Below, piece after piece: positions 57,122-64,000 of a DNA stretch of 64,000 nt (positions are counted from its first letter, which is position 1; the number at the start of each line of letters is the position of its first letter). Origin of the DNA: an uncultured virus (IMG/VR IMGVR_UViG_3300021963_000039). Its lineage: Duplodnaviria > Heunggongvirae > Uroviricota > Caudoviricetes. The position numbers and the translations under genes are program-made. The stretch is from the IMG/VR virus record IMGVR_UViG_3300021963_000039; one strand, given 5' to 3'. A model generated the notes under the pieces. It searched no databases and was not told the DNA's origin. It saw only the letters and a list, made by a program, of their open reading frames with translations.

Positions 57122-58639
57122 TTAGGAATATCCAGGTCTTCTATTTCTTTGACTAGCAGTTAGAGATGGATGATTTCTATCATCTTCATCATCATGTAAT
57201 TGATTTTCTTTTGGTTCTGGAAAAATGCGCTTCATACTTTTTGGATCGTTTTTCTCATCTGCTCTTCTTCCATAAGGCCCTCCCCTATGAGTAAAGTTTG
57301 TAGTTCCAGATAATTTTTTACCTTTTACTTTTTTTGGCATTTCCTCATCAATCACATCGCCTTCTGGTTCATAAGACATCTTAAGACCCATCGCCCTTAA
57401 ATAATTTCTTCTAAGGTTATCTCGTGTCTTATTGGAACGGGGGTCATCTTCGCAAGTTTCTTCCTCACTTTTCTTTTTTTTATCATCATAATCCATTTCT
57501 TCCTCTACTTTTACTTTTTCAGGAAGACCTTTGTGAGAAGTTCTGGCAAACTTTTTGAGTTCTTTTCTTCCCATTTTTGCCATTTGTTTTACGGCATCAC
57601 TCGCATCAGGCATATTTCCATTAAGATATTCAATAGCCATAGCAGCAAGTTGTTGTTGATTTTGACTTACTGCTTTTTCCTGAAGAGAATGGACCTTTTT
57701 AAGAAACTTGGAATATCCGGTTTCTGCGATCATCTCACCCTCAAGTTCTTGATGCATCGTCAAGTCATCTTTCGTTGAGGGACCATGAACTTTATAGTTA
57801 TTTTTTTTTTTCGGTGGCATCGGTGTAATTTGTGGATTTTTACCTCCATTATCCTTTTCGCCAATAAACTCAACTTCTTCTTTGCGAGTTGCGATTGCCG
57901 AACCAATTTTATTACGACGATTTATAAGATAATCATCAGTCTTATCAACTTTTCTGTCATTATTAATATCAGAATCTTCTTTACCAACAGGATCTAATCC
58001 TTTGCCGGCCGCCACACTTGCGGTTTGAGAACCCTTTGTTTTTTCACTTTCATTTGGTTCTGGACTTCCATAAAGATCGATCATTTCTATAGATGCAATA
58101 TTTGGATTTGCACGAAGTTCATTTGCTTTTGAGCGAGTCGCCCATCTAAGATAGGAGTTTCCAGTTTTCTTATCCGTTACTCTCCACTTATAACTTCTCT
58201 CTCCAGCAACTTTATCAACTCGTCCAATCTCCTTTTTAATATATCCTGCTTTAAGTTCTTCAATATATTCTTCATCAATAACTCTAGAAGGTTGCTCCAC
58301 AAAAACGGAATAAAGTGCTCTGGCAACGTTCTGTGAGGCAAACTCCTTCATTTCTTTTACCTGATTATCTCCCTTCACAATTTGGATTGCCCTTGTTTTA
58401 ATTGGTAGATCATATTGCGAATTGCGAAGTTTTTCTATAACTGCTTGAATAAAGGCAGCAGGGTCCAAATTGGTATCCGGACCCATATCCTTTTTAACCC
58501 GATATTTAGAATCATGAATAGCTGCCCTTGCTTTTTTCTCCATATCTCCACCACCACCATCTACTGCTGGTCCTCCACCTGTACTTGCGGCAGGAGCAAA
58601 CTTTCTTGCTGGCAAATCTTCAGAAATATTCCTTTTCAT
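57122..58639 (-). CDS. modular virion-associated protein with DUF3008-like segment
   Basis: KAVSQNQQQL..ELKKFARTSHKGLPEK; DSDINNDRKVDKTDDYL. Confidence 0.65.
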   Translation of the reverse strand: MKRNISEDLPARKFAPAASTGGGPAVDGGGGDMEKKARAAIHDSKYRVKKDMGPDTNLDPAAFIQAVIEKLRNSQYDLPIKTRAIQIVKGDNQVKEMKEFASQNVARALYSVFVEQPSRVIDEEYIEELKAGYIKKEIGRVDKVAGERSYKWRVTDKKTGNSYLRWATRSKANELRANPNIASIEMIDLYGSPEPNESEKTKGSQTASVAAGKGLDPVGKEDSDINNDRKVDKTDDYLINRRNKIGSAIATRKEEVEFIGEKDNGGKNPQITPMPPKKKNNYKVHGPSTKDDLTMHQELEGEMIAETGYSKFLKKVHSLQEKAVSQNQQQLAAMAIEYLNGNMPDASDAVKQMAKMGRKELKKFARTSHKGLPEKVKVEEEMDYDDKKKKSEEETCEDDPRSNKTRDNLRRNYLRAMGLKMSYEPEGDVIDEEMPKKVKGKKLSGTTNFTHRGGPYGRRADEKNDPKSMKRIFPEPKENQLHDDEDDRNHPSLTASQRNRRPGYS

Positions 58640-58648
58640 TTGATTAGA

Positions 58649-59842
58649 TTACTGATACGCTTTTCTATGCTTATTTATGAAGTTTTTAATCTCTTCTATT
58701 TTTTGTTCTCTTAAACTTTTATTTCTATTTCTTGGAGCATGATACTCCGAAACATCTCTAATCCAAGACTTAAACATCATTTCAGATTCTGTTACACAGA
58801 TTAGATAATTTGTTCCTCTACGAATAATTTTTCCAACCAGACCGGTATTTAAATTTTCAACCAATTGCCCGATTTGAAATATTTTTTCATTCACATAATT
58901 TTCACGAAGAGACTTGAAATCTAACTTTGGAGCAATATCCCAGATATCCCAACTTTCTTTGATTCTCATCGAACCACGAAGAATATCAAATAGTTCTTTT
59001 GCTTCTGATCTCTTTACATCAGGAGGAAGACCGGATCTAAATGTCTTAAAATCATTTTCCGCAGCGGCAAGTCTCATTCTTGATGCCGACATTCCTTCTA
59101 CACCTTTCGCATCAGGATCTCTGTCCCCAGAAGAAATAATCTCAATATTATCAAATTGATATAGTTCCCCGTTATAATTATTGGATAATTTCTCAAACTC
59201 CTTTACTCTATCGGCACCACCCACAATTCTTACACCAGCATATCCATCATTATGTGCCATCCTTAACACATCAAAGATTGTTTTGGTATTAGGATCATTT
59301 ACGATGTTTCCAGCGTGAGTTGGATAAAATCGCTGCATATAATCAATCTTTGTATCAGGATCTAATGGATTTTTCTTTTTATCCTGACTGCGTGATGGGA
59401 AAATTAGATATTGCCCGTCTTCATCCCCTGCAGCAGCATTTGCGGCAACATCCATAAGTTGCTGATGCCCTATTGTAGGAGGATTAAATCTTCCAAAAGC
59501 AACAGTTAGAGTTCCCTTTGTTTTTTCTACCGGAGGTGGTCCAACTTGCTCCGGTGCTACTGCTTGCTGTTGAGGTACTGGTTCTGCCGCTGGTTGTGGT
59601 TTGTTATTGTCGTTATAACTTGGAGATGGAATCCTTTTTTCGTGTTCTGTTTGATTAGGATCTTTTGCTCCTATTCTCTGTCTCTTATTATAAAATACTA
59701 ATTCATTTCCAACAGTTTTAGCAACAAACTCCCCGGTTCTTGGATCTAACCATCCTCCATGCCCGTCAGTTCGCAGATTAAGTTTTTTAGCGTGTTCTTT
59801 CGCTGAGATTGCTTCGTATATAAACTGACGAAAAGATTTCAT
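58649..59842 (-). CDS. cytidyltransferase-like nucleotidyltransferase
   Basis: FGRFNPPTIGH, KNPL, GADR, GMSASRMR; N-terminus MKSFRQFIYEA. Confidence 0.88.
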   Translation of the reverse strand: MKSFRQFIYEAISAKEHAKKLNLRTDGHGGWLDPRTGEFVAKTVGNELVFYNKRQRIGAKDPNQTEHEKRIPSPSYNDNNKPQPAAEPVPQQQAVAPEQVGPPPVEKTKGTLTVAFGRFNPPTIGHQQLMDVAANAAAGDEDGQYLIFPSRSQDKKKNPLDPDTKIDYMQRFYPTHAGNIVNDPNTKTIFDVLRMAHNDGYAGVRIVGGADRVKEFEKLSNNYNGELYQFDNIEIISSGDRDPDAKGVEGMSASRMRLAAAENDFKTFRSGLPPDVKRSEAKELFDILRGSMRIKESWDIWDIAPKLDFKSLRENYVNEKIFQIGQLVENLNTGLVGKIIRRGTNYLICVTESEMMFKSWIRDVSEYHAPRNRNKSLREQKIEEIKNFINKHRKAYQ

Positions 59843-60075
59843 TTTTTATTGGTAATTTTTTTCTTAATTATATTGTTTATGAGAATCTTATTGGATAGAA
59901 TATACTGAAGAATACTCTTTCTCATTTTAATATATTTATTCTTTATGATTTCTTTTTTTTCTTTTTTGATTTTTTCATCAAATGAGAAGTAAAAATATTT
60001 CAGAAAATCACCAAATGTTAATTTCTTTTCGTTTTTTATAAACTCAGCGATATAATCATTTACAAGTTGTTTCAT
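59839..60075 (-). CDS. small basic hypothetical protein
   Basis: 78-aa ORF, ATAAATA upstream. Confidence 0.55.
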   Translation of the reverse strand: MKQLVNDYIAEFIKNEKKLTFGDFLKYFYFSFDEKIKKEKKEIIKNKYIKMRKSILQYILSNKILINNIIKKKITNKK

Positions 60076-60120
60076 AGAAACAGCACATTATACCTTATTT
60101 ATTCTTACAAAAAATACAAT

Positions 60121-60531
60121 CTAAATGTCTCCTTCTTCACGATGTTCGCTATAATACACATCGAAAAATCCGGCTGGATAACGCTTCATCAGTTTATCAA
60201 TATTAGTCTCAATTACTTCGTCAAAAGAAACATCAAGGGCAATACACGCTTGTGCCACATACCACATCGTATCACCGAGTTCTTTAATCAGGTGAGTTCT
60301 GGTCTCATCATTCCAAGATTTACCCTGAAAGACCATTTTCTTTACAATCTCCAAGAACTCTCCACCTTCGGCATTAATACCGACAGAAGCGGTTAAAAGA
60401 CGCTCAATATTAGCACCCTTTTCATCCAACTGAACCATACGATCTGATAGAGCAAGAAAATCTTTGGACGCATCAGATGTTACTGCGTCTACAAAGTTCT
60501 GATACTTATTAAAATCTACTTTTTGTGCCAT
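60121..60531 (-). CDS. mazG: MazG-like NTP pyrophosphohydrolase
   Basis: AEGGEFLEIVKK, KELGDTMWY, NIDKLMKRYP; start MAQKV. Confidence 0.92.
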   Translation of the reverse strand: MAQKVDFNKYQNFVDAVTSDASKDFLALSDRMVQLDEKGANIERLLTASVGINAEGGEFLEIVKKMVFQGKSWNDETRTHLIKELGDTMWYVAQACIALDVSFDEVIETNIDKLMKRYPAGFFDVYYSEHREEGDI

Positions 60532-60532
60532 A

Positions 60533-61921
60533 CTAAAACTTAAATCCCTCGAATGATTTTTTTGGTTTGGTTTCTTCGTAATTATACTCCTCTTCTTGCC
60601 CGCTGTCAAGTATGTCTTTTTGTGCTGACTGTTCTACATCATAAAGTCTCATTTTGGCACGATCAATACCGACAACAAAACGCTTGAGGATTGATTTATC
60701 ACCATAACGATTTTTTAACTGCTTTATCATAATTTGATTCAGTCCTTCTAATTCTTCGGTGCTGATAAGAGCAACAAGAAAGTCGGCAGTCGCAGGAAGT
60801 CCAAAAGATTCTGAAGTATCCGTGATTTCAACATCTGATGAACTAAAACCGCTACGTGTCGTCTGTGTGGCGCTGAAAATTGGAACATCGTGCTCCACAG
60901 CGAGACCACGAAGTTCTTCGGCAATTGATTTAATTATGCTATAAGAATTGATATTACTTCCGGCACGAAATCTAGATGACGCACAGATATTAATATAATC
61001 AATAAAAATAACATCAGGTCTGAAAGATTTCTTAAGAGAAAGTTCATTTAGAAGTGCCTTAAAGTGTCCGGAGTGTGCGGAGGCAGTTGGATACTCCTTG
61101 ATAATTAAGGTTCCTTTTGTTTTTTCTGCGAGTTTAGATGCCTTATTAGTGAAAGTGGATTTTGGTAAATCTTCCAATTGATTAATAGCAACGTTTAGCA
61201 TATTAGCGTCCATTCTTTTGGCAATTTCTTCTTCTGCCATCTCCATAGTAATGTAGAGAACATTTTTCGATTGAAGCAAAAAAGAAGATGCCATATGACA
61301 CATCGCTAGAGTTTTGCCAACGTTTGTTCCGGCAAGAAAAATATTTAGAGTTTTATTTGGAACACCACCATTCGTAATTTTATTGAAGAAATCTAAATCA
61401 AACTCAAGACGATTTTCTTTCTTATGATAATACTCATAGCGTTCTTCATAATTGAGAAGATAATCGTGACCGATATTATTATCAAAAGATACCGCTAGAG
61501 CATCAGAAAGAATACTGGGAATAGCGTCTCTACCTTTTTTCTCATTATTTCCATCGGCAATATGAATCGATTCCATAAGTGCCAGATAAATTGCCCGGTC
61601 ACGACACCACCTCTCGGTAGTATCCAGTATCCACTGACTATCTATCGGACTATCATTAAGTTTAGAAAGTAGTTCTACAATTTCCTTACTTTCGGTTTCT
61701 GTTAAATCCTTACGATTATCAATCTCAATATTGAGTGCTTCTATTGTAATTGAAGACCCATACTTAACAATAAACTTAACAATTTCCTCAAAAACTATTT
61801 TTTCTACTCTTTGTTCGTAATATTCCGGTTGAATAAATGGAATAACTTTTCTGGCATAGTCTTCATTAAATATTAAGTTTTTAAGAATTGTAATCTCAAG
61901 TCGTTCCATTATTTTATTCAA
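60533..61921 (-). CDS. gp41: replicative DNA helicase (T4 gp41)
   Basis: AGTNVGKT Walker A, IKEYPT, IDY, SESFGLPATAD. Confidence 0.96.
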   Translation of the reverse strand: MNKIMERLEITILKNLIFNEDYARKVIPFIQPEYYEQRVEKIVFEEIVKFIVKYGSSITIEALNIEIDNRKDLTETESKEIVELLSKLNDSPIDSQWILDTTERWCRDRAIYLALMESIHIADGNNEKKGRDAIPSILSDALAVSFDNNIGHDYLLNYEERYEYYHKKENRLEFDLDFFNKITNGGVPNKTLNIFLAGTNVGKTLAMCHMASSFLLQSKNVLYITMEMAEEEIAKRMDANMLNVAINQLEDLPKSTFTNKASKLAEKTKGTLIIKEYPTASAHSGHFKALLNELSLKKSFRPDVIFIDYINICASSRFRAGSNINSYSIIKSIAEELRGLAVEHDVPIFSATQTTRSGFSSSDVEITDTSESFGLPATADFLVALISTEELEGLNQIMIKQLKNRYGDKSILKRFVVGIDRAKMRLYDVEQSAQKDILDSGQEEEYNYEETKPKKSFEGFKF

Positions 61922-62463
61922 AGATTGCTTTTATGATGCGGAACGTCAAATACAAAAGTAATTCTAACGTTGTCGCCAATATTAACTGCCTTATGAGGTA
62001 GTTTATTATTAAACCAGAAGAGTGTTCCGGGTTCGACAATTATGGTTTCGTCCCCAACAGTATATTCGTATTTGCCCTGAATGGAAAGATGATATCTGTC
62101 TTTTGTAAGATAATAAGTTCCTTCGTCAATATGAGATCCCACAATTTCACCAACTGGAAGCGCCAGAAACGCACAACGTCGAAGTTTCTTAAAATACTTA
62201 CTTAAGTAATTAAGAATCTCTGTATGTTTTTCATATGCCGGGGTTTTAATACATATTTCAGTATTTCCAACATATTGACCTTCAGTCTCAACTCCACCCA
62301 CAATAAGTTGTAGAACATCCACAGTAACTGTATATTTTGTGGGGTCTAATTGTTCCGCATCTTTAATATTTTTTTGAGAACCCCAATCTTCTGGATGTTC
62401 CTTAAGTTGTTCTAATATTTTAGAGACATTTACATTAGTTTTTATAATGCGAATATTTTTCAT
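61918..62463 (-). CDS. aspartyl/asparaginyl beta-hydroxylase-family 2OG-Fe(II) oxygenase
   Basis: HID..RYHL..WFNNKLPHKAVN..RITFVFD. Confidence 0.8.
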   Translation of the reverse strand: MKNIRIIKTNVNVSKILEQLKEHPEDWGSQKNIKDAEQLDPTKYTVTVDVLQLIVGGVETEGQYVGNTEICIKTPAYEKHTEILNYLSKYFKKLRRCAFLALPVGEIVGSHIDEGTYYLTKDRYHLSIQGKYEYTVGDETIIVEPGTLFWFNNKLPHKAVNIGDNVRITFVFDVPHHKSNL

Positions 62464-63476
62464 GCTCCATAACTGAAATTACCCTTGGCGATTACATCAA
62501 GTTTTTCCATTACTTCTGGTGGAAAATATTTTTCAATATTTTTCAGGATGTCTTTGGCATAAAGTTTCTTACCATCAATTTCATATCGTCCGGCAACATT
62601 CTTCCACATTCCTCCCAATTCACCAAGTTCAAGAAGACCATAATAACGATCAAGACCTCGTTCATCATAGAACAACCGAATTTGAACCTCTTGATTTTCT
62701 TTACTTAAACGAGACTTTTGAGTTTTAGCACGAATGATATTTCCAATTATTTCTGTTCCATCTTTTTCTTTTGATTTGGAAAGATAGATGATTGTAGAGG
62801 CAGCATATTGTAATCCAGAACCACCTGACATTTGTTTTCCACCATAAAGAGACATACTATCATAGGTGTGATTTGTCACCAGCATAGGAATCTTTGCTTG
62901 ACCCAGTTTGAGAGTAAGCATACGGAAAGCACCCTTAATCAATTGTGCCTTCGTCATATCACGAGTATCCTTCTCCGCAAGAGCATCATTAATCTCTTTA
63001 TTTGTAGAAAGCATTCCCAAGGAGTCCAACACAAAGATACAAGGTTTTCTTTCTTCCTCCTTTTTCTTAAGGTAAATATCAACTGCCTTAAGTGTCTTGG
63101 TACGAAACTCTTCAACCGTGACTACATTAACAACCACCAAACGATTTGTATCAATTCCACGAGACTCTAATAGTGATTTAGTAATTGCGGATTCAGTATC
63201 AAAGTATAGACAGTACCCATCAGGATGAGTATCAAGAAAGTTCTTAACAACAGCGAGACTGAAGAAAGTTTTTCCCGTAGAAGTTTCACCCGCGATAGCA
63301 GTAATCTTATTGCCAGATACACCACCATATATACTGCCGGATACAAGAGCATTAAAAATGTACGAGCCCGTATCCACATAAGTTTCAGTTTCATCAATCT
63401 CTGATGCGAGTTGCGTATATTCTCCCCCAATCTCCTTTACAATATCTTTAAGAAAACTTAATCCAGAATCAGTCAT
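62460..63476 (-). CDS. uvsX: RecA-like recombinase UvsX
   Basis: AGETSTGKT, FDTE, LDSLGML; GGAGG RBS before ATG at 63476. Confidence 0.95.
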   Translation of the reverse strand: MTDSGLSFLKDIVKEIGGEYTQLASEIDETETYVDTGSYIFNALVSGSIYGGVSGNKITAIAGETSTGKTFFSLAVVKNFLDTHPDGYCLYFDTESAITKSLLESRGIDTNRLVVVNVVTVEEFRTKTLKAVDIYLKKKEEERKPCIFVLDSLGMLSTNKEINDALAEKDTRDMTKAQLIKGAFRMLTLKLGQAKIPMLVTNHTYDSMSLYGGKQMSGGSGLQYAASTIIYLSKSKEKDGTEIIGNIIRAKTQKSRLSKENQEVQIRLFYDERGLDRYYGLLELGELGGMWKNVAGRYEIDGKKLYAKDILKNIEKYFPPEVMEKLDVIAKGNFSYGA

Positions 63477-63477
63477 T

Positions 63478-63615
63478 TCATTCCTCCTTTTGTTGTTGTT
63501 TGTCATCATAATTCATTTTATATTGCCAGAGTTTTTGATAAAGAGCGGCATCTCCACCTAATCTCATAGCACTAATAATCGTATCAAGTTCTTTTTCGTT
63601 AATTGGCAAGTTCAT
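63478..63615 (-). CDS. small hypothetical protein (45 aa)
   Basis: MNLPINEKELDTIISAMRLGGDAALYQKLW; TAATG coupling. Confidence 0.6.
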   Translation of the reverse strand: MNLPINEKELDTIISAMRLGGDAALYQKLWQYKMNYDDKQQQKEE

Positions 63616-64000
63616 TAGATAAAAAATGAATCAAGGTTTGCTGTATGTTCTGTTTTCCATCCAATCGAATCTAAAATAGACTTAAGTGGGTCCAAGAAGC
63701 TCTTCTCAAATTGTAGTTCATAATCAATATATTTGTCAAGTCCCAATTCTTTAGGAAAATCAGAAATAAAGGAAATGACATTCTCTCGTATGATATTCGG
63801 TTTTTTTAAGAAAATATACTTCACTTTTTCTCCATTATTAATAAGTGAATATTTATGAGTAAGTTTTTTCTCCTTTATGTGATGATTAAACAAAAGAGAA
63901 CCACGAATATGAATTGGAGTTCCTTTTGAGTATATTCCGTCACGAGAACTATACTTTCTTATATCTGACGCTGTTCTGGGAAAGGCAATTTGCTCCGGAG
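63615..64000 (-). CDS. gp43: DNA polymerase B (T4 gp43), C-terminal part
   Basis: IAFPRT..KGTPIHIRGSL..IDYELQFEKSFLDPL..LDSFF; upstream of uvsX. Confidence 0.93.
   Translation of the reverse strand, partial: PEQIAFPRTASDIRKYSSRDGIYSKGTPIHIRGSLLFNHHIKEKKLTHKYSLINNGEKVKYIFLKKPNIIRENVISFISDFPKELGLDKYIDYELQFEKSFLDPLKSILDSIGWKTEHTANLDSFFI

Noticed and set aside
60532..60609. Extended N-terminus of mazG from ORF track (similar for uvsX, porin, GIY-YIG)
   Set aside because: Overlaps upstream genes or promoters; downstream ATGs fit RBS and coupling better.
50632..63509. Inteins or introns in nrdA/nrdB/gp41/gp61/uvsX
   Set aside because: Lengths are typical and no splice motifs were seen.

Overview
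64-kb segment of a T4-like cyanomyovirus genome (Kyanoviridae-like; a Synechococcus/Cyanobium-type host is inferred). Nearly all genes lie on the minus strand. Reading right to left: a replication/nucleotide block (gp43 C-terminus, uvsX, Asp/Asn hydroxylase, gp41, mazG, cytidyltransferase, gp61, nrdA, nrdB); late-promoter-driven, probably capsid-packaged proteins (one with a T4 internal-protein targeting sequence); a secreted lysozyme; a tRNA cluster with a free-standing HNH gene; porin-pstS-dps; a 12.8-kb AT-rich glycan-biosynthesis island; two hli genes; lysins; psbA with a convergent endonuclease-VII gene; two giant fiber/structural genes; glutaredoxin; and partial thyX. The most striking observation is a tRNA-Arg(UCU) gene whose anticodon is split by a 45-nt insert that itself folds as a tRNA acceptor/T-arm minihelix. 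This suggests a possibly undescribed intron removed by RNase P + RNase Z and a ligase, and it sits next to a hairpin-repressed HNH homing endonuclease. All calls come from reading the sequence and recalled motifs; no searches or folding programs were run.
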